From positions 120,001-152,000 of the forward strand of contig NC_004459.3 of assembly GCF_000039765.1 (NCBI RefSeq): DNA of 32,000 nucleotides, written 5' to 3'. This document shows positions 9,651 through 19,140 of this stretch, piece after piece. How positions within the stretch are numbered: position 1 is the first letter of the stretch; each line of letters begins with the position of its first letter. This DNA comes from Vibrio vulnificus CMCP6 (GTDB lineage Bacteria; Pseudomonadota; Gammaproteobacteria; Enterobacterales; Vibrionaceae). Position numbers and translations under genes: made by a program. Under the pieces are notes generated by a model, which saw only the letters and a list, made by a program, of their open reading frames with translations, was not told the DNA's origin and ran no database searches.

Positions 9651-11384
9651 GTGAATATCCAAGCACTTATTAACGACAAAGTATCTCAGGCTCTTGAAGC
9701 TGCTGGCGCTCCTGCAGGCAGCCCTGCAGCGGTTCGCCAATCCGCTAAGCCACAATTTGGTGACTACCAAGCAAACGGCGTAATGGGCGTAGCAAAACAG
9801 TTGGGTACTAACCCTCGAGAATTTGCGCAAAAAGTATTGGATGTTCTAGACCTAGACGGCATCGCAAGCAAAACCGAAATCGCAGGCCCTGGTTTTATCA
9901 ATATTTTCCTAAGCGAAGAGTTCCTAGCGAAGCAAGCTGAAGCGGCACTGGCGGATCCTCGTCTTGGCGTCGCGTCAGAAGAAGCACAAACTATCGTTGC
10001 TGACTACTCTGCGCCAAACGTGGCAAAAGAGATGCACGTTGGTCACCTACGTTCAACCATCATTGGTGATGCGGTTGTACGTACCCTTGAGTTCCTAGGT
10101 CACAAAGTGATCCGTGCGAACCACATCGGTGATTGGGGTACGCAGTTCGGTATGCTTATCGCCAACCTTGAGCGCGTGCAGCAAGAGTCTGGCGAAGTTT
10201 CTATGGAACTGGCTGACCTTGAAGGTTTCTACCGCGAATCGAAAAAACTCTACGACGAAGATGAAGAGTTTGCAGTAAAAGCTCGCGGCTACGTCGTTAA
10301 ACTGCAAAGCGGCGACGAGTTCTGCGCAGAGATGTGGAAGAAGCTGGTTGACGTCACCATGATCCAAAATCAACGCAACTACGATCGTCTCAACGTCTCT
10401 CTATCTCGTGATGACGTCATGGGCGAGAGCATGTACAACGACATGCTACCTAAGATCGTAGCCGACCTGAAAGCTCAAGGTCTTGCGGTTGAAGATGACG
10501 GCGCGCAAGTTGTGTTCCTTGAAGAATTCAAGAACAAAGACGGCGAGCCTATGGGCGTTATCGTACAAAAACGTGACGGTGGCTTCCTCTACACCACAAC
10601 GGACATCGCGTGTGCGAAATACCGTTACGAAGAGCTAGGCGCAGATCGTGTGCTTTACTTCATCGACTCTCGTCAGCACCAGCACCTAATGCAAGCTTGG
10701 ACGATCGTTCGTAAAGCGGGTTACGTGCCAGAGTCTGTTTCTCTTGAACACCATGCATTCGGCATGATGCTGGGTAAAGACGGTAAGCCATTCAAAACTC
10801 GTGCGGGTGGTACGGTTCGTCTTGCTGATCTTCTTGATGAAGCAGAAGTGCGTGCAGCGCAACTGATCGAATCTAAGAACCCAGAACTAGCTGAAGACGA
10901 GAAGAAAGCAATAGCGAACACAGTTGCAATGGCAGCGGTTAAATACGCAGACCTTTCTAAGCACCGTACTACAGACTACGTGTTCGATTGGGACAACATG
11001 CTAGCGTTCGAAGGTAACACAGCACCGTACATGCAATACGCTTACACGCGCGTAGCCTCTGTATTCGCTAAAGCAGGCGTTTCTATGGATGATCTGCAAG
11101 GTGAAATCAAGATCACTGACGAGAAAGAAAAAGCGCTTATCGCCAAACTGATGCAGTTCGAAGAAGCAGTTCAATCTGTGGCTCGCGAAGGTCAGCCACA
11201 CATCATGTGTAGCTACCTATTCGAACTCGCAGGTCAGTTCTCTAGCTTCTACGAAGCATGCCCTATCCTAGTGGCTGAAGACGAAGCAGTGAAACAAAGC
11301 CGTCTGAAACTCGCTGCGCTAACAGCGAAGACCATTAAGCAAGGTCTGTCTCTACTTGGTATCGATACGCTAGAACGTATGTAA
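9651..11384 (+). CDS. argS: Arginyl-tRNA synthetase
   Basis: HIGH-like motif in '[32 protein letters not shown]', C-terminal '[13 protein letters not shown]'. GTG start at 9651 with AAGGAA upstream gives 577 aa, the length expected for ArgS. Confidence 0.97.
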   Translation: MNIQALINDKVSQALEAAGAPAGSPAAVRQSAKPQFGDYQANGVMGVAKQLGTNPREFAQKVLDVLDLDGIASKTEIAGPGFINIFLSEEFLAKQAEAALADPRLGVASEEAQTIVADYSAPNVAKEMHVGHLRSTIIGDAVVRTLEFLGHKVIRANHIGDWGTQFGMLIANLERVQQESGEVSMELADLEGFYRESKKLYDEDEEFAVKARGYVVKLQSGDEFCAEMWKKLVDVTMIQNQRNYDRLNVSLSRDDVMGESMYNDMLPKIVADLKAQGLAVEDDGAQVVFLEEFKNKDGEPMGVIVQKRDGGFLYTTTDIACAKYRYEELGADRVLYFIDSRQHQHLMQAWTIVRKAGYVPESVSLEHHAFGMMLGKDGKPFKTRAGGTVRLADLLDEAEVRAAQLIESKNPELAEDEKKAIANTVAMAAVKYADLSKHRTTDYVFDWDNMLAFEGNTAPYMQYAYTRVASVFAKAGVSMDDLQGEIKITDEKEKALIAKLMQFEEAVQSVAREGQPHIMCSYLFELAGQFSSFYEACPILVAEDEAVKQSRLKLAALTAKTIKQGLSLLGIDTLERM

Positions 11385-11385
11385 T

Positions 11386-11422
11386 AGGTTCGAGGTTCGA
11401 GGTTCGAGGTTCGAGGTTCGAG
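11386..11422. repeat. Tandem heptamer (AGGTTCG)x5 plus AG
   Basis: Read directly: AGGTTCGAGGTTCGAGGTTCGAGGTTCGAGGTTCGAG, beginning 2 nt after the argS stop codon. Confidence 0.95.
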
Positions 11423-11431
11423 ACAATAAAG

Positions 11432-11460
11432 AAAGGTTGACGTGAAAGCGTCAACCTTTT
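11432..11460 (+). terminator. Rho-independent terminator of argS
   Basis: AAAGGTTGACG - TGAAAG - CGTCAACCTTT followed by T's. Confidence 0.85.
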
Positions 11461-11510
11461 GTTTTATCTGGCGTATACTGTTGTCATTCAATTCAAACCG
11501 GACAACAACA

Positions 11511-11939
11511 ATGAGTTTTGAACTGCATCCTCAACTGGCCAAAGACACAACGGTGATTGGCCACTTCCCACTGTGTGTGGCATTGCTGCATAAAGACAAT
11601 GCCGTGCCGTGGGTGATTTTGGTACCGAAACGTGCAAACCTAAAAGAACTACACCACTTGCCAATGCAAGAGCAACAACAGTTTTTGCTCGAGTCTCAAG
11701 CAGTAAGCCAAGCACTGGAAGCGACATTCCGCCCAGACAAACTCAACCTTGGCGCATTAGGTAACATGGTGCCACAACTGCACATTCACCACATTGCACG
11801 CTTTAAAGACGACGTGGCGTGGCCAGGACCCGTTTGGGGCAATACCAACGGAGAGTTCCGCACCGAAGAAGAACAAAACGAACTGCTTGTTCGCATCAAA
11901 AACGTCCTATCACTGAGCTCAATCTTCCAAAAAGCCTAA
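11511..11939 (+). CDS. HIT-family (histidine triad) protein
   Basis: 'VPQLHIHHIARFKDD' histidine triad (HxHxH); ATG at 11511 gives a normal N-terminus MSFELHPQLAKD. Confidence 0.88.
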   Translation: MSFELHPQLAKDTTVIGHFPLCVALLHKDNAVPWVILVPKRANLKELHHLPMQEQQQFLLESQAVSQALEATFRPDKLNLGALGNMVPQLHIHHIARFKDDVAWPGPVWGNTNGEFRTEEEQNELLVRIKNVLSLSSIFQKA

Positions 11940-11990
11940 ATCAAATCGCTTGTTGATAGCGGGGCTGAAAGAGTACTCGGGCGCAATAGA

Positions 11991-12018
11991 AAAGCCGCAT
12001 CATTACTGATGCGGCTTT
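11991..12018. terminator. Bidirectional terminator between the HIT gene and feoC
   Basis: AAAGCCGCATCA - TTAC - TGATGCGGCTTT, 12-bp perfect stem. Confidence 0.8.
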
Positions 12019-12047
12019 GTCGTTTTTATCTCATTTGGCGTCTGAGA

Positions 12048-12278
12048 CTACATGGTTACGGTCAGCGATAAACCGTCTTGTTTGGTCACTGCGTAGCGAA
12101 CACGAGTGACACAATGAGCTTTATTGGTGTCGACTAAGCGGCTAATTTTACCTTTCTTGATCCACACGCTTAACATCGCATCAGCGCCATCTTCACTCAT
12201 CCCAAACTGCTTAGCCAGATCTGACTGGGAGACGGTTCCTTTATCTGCAATATATTGATAAAGCTCTTTTAATATCAT
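12048..12278 (-). CDS. feoC: FeoC-like winged-helix protein
   Basis: 'MILKELYQYIADKGTVSQSDLAKQFGMSEDGADAMLSVWIKKGKISRL', 4-nt overlap with feoB. Confidence 0.85.
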   Translation of the reverse strand: MILKELYQYIADKGTVSQSDLAKQFGMSEDGADAMLSVWIKKGKISRLVDTNKAHCVTRVRYAVTKQDGLSLTVTM

Positions 12279-14551
12279 GCTACCTGCGCCTCAAATACGC
12301 CTCGTTGCTTGTCACCTACGCGCTTAAACACACGATACGTGGCAAAGAAAATGGCGACAATCGCTGCGATCCAAACACCACTGCTGACAGGACTATCCGC
12401 AAAGTGTGTCAACTGGTTGTAGAAGGTCGCACAAAGGTAGGCCAGAGCCATCGTCCACACGGCAATAAAGCGTGCAAATTTATGTCCGAATTCGCGAACG
12501 TATGCCCCCATCGCTGCCACACATGGGGTGTACAACAAAATAAAAATGAGGTAGGCAAAAGCCGCATGACCAGACGCAAACTGCGCTTTAAGGTTACCAA
12601 AGATAGAAGCATCAACATCTTGTTCCTCTGCCACAGCATTTGAATCCGTTAGATCTCCCACCTCGATACCCAATGGATCTGAATAGCTCAAACCCGCTAA
12701 GTTTTCAGGGATACTCATCACGGCCTCTTCTAGGCTGGCCATCAGATCAAACTCCGCTTCTTCTCCATCACTTGGTGTGGTGTATAGACTATTAAGCGTA
12801 CCCACTACTGCCTCTTTGGCGAAGATACCTGTGATGATACCGACTGTCGCTGGCCAGTTGTCTTTCTCGATACCAATCGGAGCAAACACGGGCGTTACCA
12901 CTTGCGCGGCTTTTGACAGAACCGAGTTTTCGCTGTCTTCGTTGCCGAAGCTGCCATCGGTACCAAGCGAGTTCAAGAAACTTAGGATCGCAACCACAAC
13001 AACGATGGTTTTGCCTGCACCCAAAACGAAACGCTTCAGTTTTTGCCATGTTTTGATCACCACGTTTTGCAGTGTTGGCAGTTCGTAATCGGGCATTTCC
13101 ATCACTAAGCTGTCACTACTACCCGGGTACAGCGTGTGCTTAAGGAAGAGACCCGTGAAAATCGCCGCGACGATACCAAGTAGATAAAGCGCAAACACAA
13201 TATTTTGCCCAGCACCTGGAAAAAAGGCGGCAGCAAATAGCGCATACACAGGCAAGCGAGCACCACAAGACATAAATGGCGCCATTGATGCTGCCAGTTT
13301 ACGTTCACGCTCTTGGTCTAGTGTACGCGTGGCCATAATGGATGGCACGTTACAGCCGAAGCCTAAAACCAGTGGTACAAAAGCTTTACCCGGCAGGCCG
13401 ATCTTCTGCATCACTTTATCAAGCACAAAGGCGGCGCGAGCCATGTAGCCTGAGCTTTCAAGCACAGCGAGGAAAAGGTACAAACAGGCGATAACCGGAA
13501 TGAAAGTCGCCACCGTCTGAATACCACCACCGAGTCCATCTGCCAGTACCGTCACCAACCACACCGGCAAGTGTCCGTCTAACAAGTGGTGGCCTCCATC
13601 AACCAATAGAGCACCGACACCGATATCAAAGAAGTCAATAAAGGCACTACCAATGTTGATAGAGAACATGAACATGAGGTACATCACAACGAAGAAGAAC
13701 GGAATACCGACCCATTTGTTGAGAATAAATTGGTCCAGCTTTTCAGTGACACTGCGGCTTAACTTACCTTCGCTACGACGGACCTTTTTGCACTCCTGAT
13801 GAAGATGTGTATATTTGACGTCAGCAACGTGTAAGTCCACATCCAGATTTAATTCCGTCACGACTTCTTCAACACGAAGGCGCTCCACATCAGACATACT
13901 GTTTAGTACCAGAGCGTCTTTCTCGAGAGCACGAACGGCGAGTGCTCGGTGGGAAACCGTTTGATCGTTAAATAGCGTTGAAATGCTATCAATCGCCGCT
14001 TCCATCGCCTGACCATAGTTCAAAGCAATCTCTTTTAGTGCCACACCTTGAACCACAGATTTGTGCAGTTTCTCTTTAAACTCCGCAACTTGTGCTTTGT
14101 TCGTTGCGGATAAACTGATCACTGGGCAACCGAGACTTTTTTCTAACTCAGCCACATTGATGATCTGACGCTCACGTTTAAGCGCATCCATTTTATTCAA
14201 CACAACAATCATCGGGCGGCCAAGTTCGCGCAATTGCAGTGTCATGTATAAGCTGCGCTCAAGGCTTGTTGCGTCCACCACATTGATGATCATATCGGCT
14301 GGGTGAGTTAATACCGCGCGAGAAGCAATCGATTCATCAATACTGTTGCTGTCATTACCACTATCCAGCGAGTAGATACCCGGAAGATCTGTCAGCAAAA
14401 ATTCATCACCAGCGTGATGGTAACGACCAGTTTTCTTTTCTACCGTGACGCCAGCCCAGTTGCCCACTTGCTGTTTCGCGCCAGTCAAACCGTTAAATAA
14501 CGTCGTTTTTCCGCTGTTAGGATTACCGACCGTCAGAATTTGATACTGCAT
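12275..14551 (-). CDS. feoB: Ferrous iron transporter B
   Basis: G1 'GNPNSGKTTLFNGLTG', 'DLPGIYSLDS', 'NKMDALK', membrane segments with 'GFGCNVPSIMATRTL'. Start MQYQILTVGNP at 14551 (TAATG junction with feoA). Confidence 0.97.
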   Translation of the reverse strand: MQYQILTVGNPNSGKTTLFNGLTGAKQQVGNWAGVTVEKKTGRYHHAGDEFLLTDLPGIYSLDSGNDSNSIDESIASRAVLTHPADMIINVVDATSLERSLYMTLQLRELGRPMIVVLNKMDALKRERQIINVAELEKSLGCPVISLSATNKAQVAEFKEKLHKSVVQGVALKEIALNYGQAMEAAIDSISTLFNDQTVSHRALAVRALEKDALVLNSMSDVERLRVEEVVTELNLDVDLHVADVKYTHLHQECKKVRRSEGKLSRSVTEKLDQFILNKWVGIPFFFVVMYLMFMFSINIGSAFIDFFDIGVGALLVDGGHHLLDGHLPVWLVTVLADGLGGGIQTVATFIPVIACLYLFLAVLESSGYMARAAFVLDKVMQKIGLPGKAFVPLVLGFGCNVPSIMATRTLDQERERKLAASMAPFMSCGARLPVYALFAAAFFPGAGQNIVFALYLLGIVAAIFTGLFLKHTLYPGSSDSLVMEMPDYELPTLQNVVIKTWQKLKRFVLGAGKTIVVVVAILSFLNSLGTDGSFGNEDSENSVLSKAAQVVTPVFAPIGIEKDNWPATVGIITGIFAKEAVVGTLNSLYTTPSDGEEAEFDLMASLEEAVMSIPENLAGLSYSDPLGIEVGDLTDSNAVAEEQDVDASIFGNLKAQFASGHAAFAYLIFILLYTPCVAAMGAYVREFGHKFARFIAVWTMALAYLCATFYNQLTHFADSPVSSGVWIAAIVAIFFATYRVFKRVGDKQRGVFEAQVA

Positions 14552-14778
14552 TATTGGCACTCCACTTCGATGGCTTCCGCAATTTTTTCTCGCACCGCTA
14601 ACGACACTCCACGAGCTTCTATTTGTAGTGGATCACCCATTGGTGCTCGACGAATAAGTCGTACAGACGTGTTTGGCAAAATACCCATCACCATGAGTTT
14701 CTTTCTCACGTCGCTAGTGAGTCCATGAATAGCCACAACCATCGCGCTCTGGCCTTGTTTTAATTCTGATAATTTCAT
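14551..14778 (-). CDS. feoA: Ferrous iron transport protein A
   Basis: 75-aa SH3-like protein 'MKLSELKQGQSAMVVAI...LMVMGILPNTSVRLIRRAPMGDPLQIEARGVSLAVREKIAEAIEVE'. Confidence 0.95.
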   Translation of the reverse strand: MKLSELKQGQSAMVVAIHGLTSDVRKKLMVMGILPNTSVRLIRRAPMGDPLQIEARGVSLAVREKIAEAIEVECQ

Positions 14779-14800
14779 ACTTGCCCGAAAAGAAAGTGTA

Positions 14801-14819
14801 AATGAGAAATATTTTTATT
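14801..14819. promoter_or_regulatory. Candidate Fur box upstream of feoA
   Basis: AATGAGAAATATTTTTATT matches AATGATAATAATTATCATT at 14/19 positions, immediately upstream of feoA. Confidence 0.4.
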
Positions 14820-15106
14820 AATAATGCAATTCTACGCCTCAACAAGCTGATTTTTATTGTCTGAAATCAAAGATTGCAGAACTGCGTTCGTAACTTTCGT
14901 CAAATTTAGACACGTCATTTACGTCAAAATCCAAATTTCAAATCAACATCGCGTTTAACGTTTTGTTTACAAAAACAAGAAGCAAAATAAATAAACCTTA
15001 AATTACAACAACTTAAGAGTACGGGGAGATATTGTCGTTTTTGTAAGGTATCAATGGCGTTATTTTTATAAGGAAAATAAGTCGATTAACTTATAGTGAA
15101 CACATC

Positions 15107-15226
15107 GAGAGGCACTCCTCTCAAGAATTCCAGAGGTGACGTGACGATGTCGCGTCACTCCGGCAGCAAGCGAAGGTGTCATTGACACCCGTGGTATAGT
15201 CCCCCCGGCTATACCACGATATTTTT
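15107..15226 (+). ncRNA. Candidate small structured RNA: four successive hairpins ending in a terminator
   Basis: Stems: GAGAGG-CACT-CCTCTC (15107-15122); GTGACGTGAC-GAT-GTCGCGTCAC (15136-15158, one G-U); GGTGTC-ATT-GACACC (15175-15189); CGTGGTATAG-TCCCCCCGG-CTATACCACG (15190-15218), followed closely by a run of eight T's. Possible -10 TATAGT at 15092-15097. Confidence 0.5.
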
Positions 15227-15564
15227 TTTCTATCGTTTTCCTCTCTTGTTAAACTCTTTATCTTATTACTCTCACTTTCACCCGTGCACTTAGCAAGCAA
15301 TAAATTAGCCTCATCCGTTTCTCAACGTATTTTCGATCACACCGTTCAATAACTCCGCATGTACATGACTATCTCAGCTATAGAGCAGCCAATAAGTAGC
15401 TTAACGAACAAGGATGAGAGAAAGCATCCATGTCGTATCAGGCTATGAGTTGAAATAGCCTAGGCGCAAGTTAGGCGGAAATAATGTGCCGTTGATGAAT
15501 AAAGGCCATAGGCAAGGCGAATCAAGCTTTGAGGTAAGCCGAGCACGCTAGGTAGACCGCGATG

Positions 15565-18500
15565 TTATTCGGACTCTAGAGCGTCACTGGCAAATTTTGA
15601 AGGGGGCACACCAAAGTACAGTTTAAAACGTTGACTAAAGTAAGAAGGATCATTAAATCCCGATGCGAAAGCCACATCGACCACTTTTTCACCAGCCAAC
15701 AAACTTTCGCATGCTTTTTCTAAACGTACTTCCGTGAGGTAATCCGTAAATGTACGAGAGCTCGCTGATTTAAACCGTCGCTGTAAGCTGCGCTCAGAAA
15801 CATAGAGCTTTTTGGCCGCCATTGCCGTGCCAAATTCTGGGTTTGTATAATGCTCTGCCACCATAGCCTCGACCTTCGCCAACCATAGCTGCTCTGGCGA
15901 CAGAACAGCTTCGGATGAGACTTCCGTAACTGGAGACAGCTCGACTGAATCAACAAAGATGCTTGGCTCTTCATCATTTATCAGAGATTCAACCGCTTTT
16001 GGCCACAGTATTTCGATCTTGTTTCGCTCAGCGCTACTGAACAAGCTTAAGCGTCCGCCACTTTGTTCAACTAAAGCAGGTAGCTTCTCAATTGCAGTAT
16101 CGACTTTTGTCGACTCAACACCAGCGCTATCCTCGGCTTCCGTGCTCGTACTAAACGGCTGGCCAAAATCAATAAACGACACTTCAACAAAATCGTTTTG
16201 CTCTCTGATCACAATATCGAGCATTTGGCCACGATAGGCGCGTTTCAACACACTTGCAAAAACACTATTAAAAATGACATCCAGATTAAATTGCCCTACC
16301 GCGACACGATAGTCGTCCGATTCGCCAGAAATGTGCACCTGAACACCGCTTTTATTGAGTTCATCTTCCCAAACGTCAACGACCGACTGAATGATATGGC
16401 TAACGTTAAAGTTTTGCAGATGCCCGTCAGTTCCATCGCTGGGCGAGCTTTTTAGCTCTTCCAAAAGCATTGCTATGCGCATTTGATGTTCCTGATATTC
16501 TGAGGCAGGTTCAACCGATGGCTTGCTTAGTAATGCATCCACACTTTGACGTAATGAACGGGCAACATTGTCAACCAGCAAATTTCTAACTTGGATCTGT
16601 TTACGAAGTTGTTGGTTACTGGTGAGCAACACTCGACTCTGATGACGCAATTGATTGGTCTTCAATGCCACCAGTGCCGTCAACTCACGGTTTTGAACAC
16701 TGACGTAACGAGAACGCCAGAAAACAACTAAGCCGCCCAGCGCTACGATAAGCAAGACAAAAATTGCCATCGCCATCGTAGTTTGATACCACGGGTGTAA
16801 CACCGTAAAGCGAACTTGCACGGAATCCCCTGCGACTAGACTGGTTTTAACACTTAACAGGTAATCACCTGCCGCAAGGTGTTCAAAAGAGACTTGTCCT
16901 GCTTCTGTGGTTTGCCAGTGTTCCTGGTTTAAACGGTAATAGAGCGTTTCACCGTAAGCATTGGGCATCACGCCGAGGCCAAAACTAATCGCGGAACCAT
17001 ACGCTAACTCGGGCAATTGCCACTCTTTTTGCCCGATATTTGCAACCTGATCATCAATACGAACTTGGCTGATGACCACTCTAGGTTCAGGTAGTTTGGA
17101 TACCATTAGGTCATCACGGTCCGCAAATACCAGGCCATATTTTGAACCCAGTACTAACACCGAGCCGGATTGCGCTTCTCCAAATGAAGCCGCACATGCC
17201 CCTTCAACGAACTCATTACTCATAATGCCCGAACGAGACCCAAAGTGCTTACGCAGCTCTCCGTCAAAATTGTAAAAACTGAGACCAATTGAACTCACCA
17301 TCCAAATGCCGCTAGCATCGGTGACTAAGCAAATAGGCTTCACGTTTTCCTGAGGAAGTGCCAGCTCTCCTAACGTTTTTTCTGTGGGATCTTTACGATA
17401 GATGCCGTGAGTCCCTGCAAACCATAGCGACCCATCTTTCGCTTCTGCAATATCGACACTTTCACCAAAAGACTGCGTGTTTCGCTCAAAACGGATCTTG
17501 TCGTTTTCTAGCACATAGGCCCCGTGATCGGTTCTTACGATTAACGGGACTTTTTGATCCACTTCTAGACCCAAAATTCGAGCGGGCAAATTTTGGCTGG
17601 CAATCCACCGATCGCCATAATCTTGGAAGCGCCCATCGGCAACGCCAATGGCAGCTAATCGATAACCCGAACTTATCCAAACCTTGCCTTGAGGGCTGAC
17701 CGAAACAAAATCAATCTCTTTACCTTTAAGGTAACTTGGTAAATCGAACGATCGAAGTTTGTACTGATTCGTGTCGTATATATACAGACCTTGCTCGGAA
17801 GCAATCCAGATGTTGCCATCTTCAAGTGCAAAGTCATTCACCTTTACCGGCAAACGCACGCGGCTGTATTGTTTATTAACCCCAATGGCCCGGTAAAGAT
17901 TGTTTGCATCTTTAAACCAAATCGTTTCATCTGATGCATAGACAATTTTGGTGATATTGCCATTAAAACGGCTGGCTTTTTCTTCGGTGATGTTATTAAG
18001 ACGTTCAAATTTTCGGCCAAACAGAGAGTAGTAGAGAATGCCACTGTTCGTCGCAACCCAAATACCCCCTTGTTCATCATTCACCAACGAGTAAATTTTT
18101 CGATTATCAGGAGAGACATCTTGCGCACCTGCCGCTTTCACTTTGGCCACTTGTCCAGTTAAAAACGAGTAACTGTACAGACCATGTTCCGTGCCAATCC
18201 AATATTCTTGATTGGTTTCTGTCATCGAAAGCACATGAGACTCTCCAATCATGATGTTTTTTTGAGTCGGCTTTAAAATATCAATGAGCGCAGCGCCATT
18301 TAGCGTCCCCACCAGTAACTCACGACGAGTCGGAGAAAAGTACAGTTTGGCAACGAAATGCTTCGCTGACGCTTTGATATGGGTAAATTGCTCACCTTGT
18401 GATAGGTACGCTCCCGATGTGGTACCGAGTACCCATTTGCTTAAAACCCGCTTTGCATCATTGATGTAGACGTAACTACTCTGATTGTTTTGATACAACG

Positions 18501-19017
18501 AGAGTAAGGAATAGGTTTTTAATTCTTTTGATTCAATATCGTAGTCATAAAAATTGATGCCATCACTCACCCAAATGTGGCCATCTGAGCTGCCAATTTT
18601 TCTGATTTCTGCCCCTGGGTTTAAGCTAAACGCTAACTGACGTTTCTGATTGGGGTACGTTTGGAAGACTTCGTTCGCGACAAAAGTCCAAAAACTGCCT
18701 TGGTGAAAGGCCACTTGCTCGGAAGGATACTCTAGAAGGCTGCCACGTTTCGGCAACAAGGTATTGCCATCGAAATATTGCACTTTGCCGTGCACGTCAT
18801 GTATCCATAAACCACCATCACCGCCAACAAAGAGATTTTTAGCGGCAACAAAGGTTCCCTGCTCCTGTCCAGGCAGTGGGTAAAATATGGCAGAGTTTCC
18901 GTCCAAAGCTAGCGCTTTGAACGGTAGTGTAAGCCCAGCGAGTAGAAGCCAGGCAAGAATACGCAGCAAGTCAGATTTCCCTGTAAAGTCAATTCTTACG
19001 CCCTTGATTATTTTCAA
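15565..19017 (-). CDS. Membrane-bound sensor/AraC-family regulator: periplasmic two-component-regulator-type propeller, Y_Y_Y domain, TM, degenerate histidine-kinase core, AraC HTH
   Basis: Signal/N-terminal hydrophobic segment; repeated 'IWVASEQGLYIYD', 'GSLWFAGTHGIYRK' propeller repeats; TM 'TTMAMAIFVLLIVALGGLVVFW'; C-terminal AraC HTH 'KKLYVSERSLQRRFKSASSRTFTDYLTEVRLEKACESLLAGEKVVDVAFASGFNDPSYFSQRFKLYFGVPPSKF'. No receiver-like domain between kinase core and HTH. Confidence 0.88.
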   Translation of the reverse strand: MKIIKGVRIDFTGKSDLLRILAWLLLAGLTLPFKALALDGNSAIFYPLPGQEQGTFVAAKNLFVGGDGGLWIHDVHGKVQYFDGNTLLPKRGSLLEYPSEQVAFHQGSFWTFVANEVFQTYPNQKRQLAFSLNPGAEIRKIGSSDGHIWVSDGINFYDYDIESKELKTYSLLSLYQNNQSSYVYINDAKRVLSKWVLGTTSGAYLSQGEQFTHIKASAKHFVAKLYFSPTRRELLVGTLNGAALIDILKPTQKNIMIGESHVLSMTETNQEYWIGTEHGLYSYSFLTGQVAKVKAAGAQDVSPDNRKIYSLVNDEQGGIWVATNSGILYYSLFGRKFERLNNITEEKASRFNGNITKIVYASDETIWFKDANNLYRAIGVNKQYSRVRLPVKVNDFALEDGNIWIASEQGLYIYDTNQYKLRSFDLPSYLKGKEIDFVSVSPQGKVWISSGYRLAAIGVADGRFQDYGDRWIASQNLPARILGLEVDQKVPLIVRTDHGAYVLENDKIRFERNTQSFGESVDIAEAKDGSLWFAGTHGIYRKDPTEKTLGELALPQENVKPICLVTDASGIWMVSSIGLSFYNFDGELRKHFGSRSGIMSNEFVEGACAASFGEAQSGSVLVLGSKYGLVFADRDDLMVSKLPEPRVVISQVRIDDQVANIGQKEWQLPELAYGSAISFGLGVMPNAYGETLYYRLNQEHWQTTEAGQVSFEHLAAGDYLLSVKTSLVAGDSVQVRFTVLHPWYQTTMAMAIFVLLIVALGGLVVFWRSRYVSVQNRELTALVALKTNQLRHQSRVLLTSNQQLRKQIQVRNLLVDNVARSLRQSVDALLSKPSVEPASEYQEHQMRIAMLLEELKSSPSDGTDGHLQNFNVSHIIQSVVDVWEDELNKSGVQVHISGESDDYRVAVGQFNLDVIFNSVFASVLKRAYRGQMLDIVIREQNDFVEVSFIDFGQPFSTSTEAEDSAGVESTKVDTAIEKLPALVEQSGGRLSLFSSAERNKIEILWPKAVESLINDEEPSIFVDSVELSPVTEVSSEAVLSPEQLWLAKVEAMVAEHYTNPEFGTAMAAKKLYVSERSLQRRFKSASSRTFTDYLTEVRLEKACESLLAGEKVVDVAFASGFNDPSYFSQRFKLYFGVPPSKFASDALESE

Positions 19018-19140
19018 CGCTTTAGAGCATTATTTTGGGGCGCTAAATATCATAGCGAAATTGCGGCATGATAAAAATATCAACTTAGCAAGGGTTGCTA
19101 ATATCACTAATTGGATCACGTAAATAGGGAGAAGTTGGAT

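Noticed and set aside
11249-11491. Minus-strand ORF containing '[13 protein letters not shown]' repeats
   Set aside because: The peptide repeat is only the translation of the AGGTTCG tandem DNA repeat, and it is antisense to the argS 3' end.
15441-15460. GGCTAT...ATAGCC hairpin downstream of the regulator as its terminator
   Set aside because: Only a 6-bp stem with no adjacent T-tract on the minus strand; not enough support.
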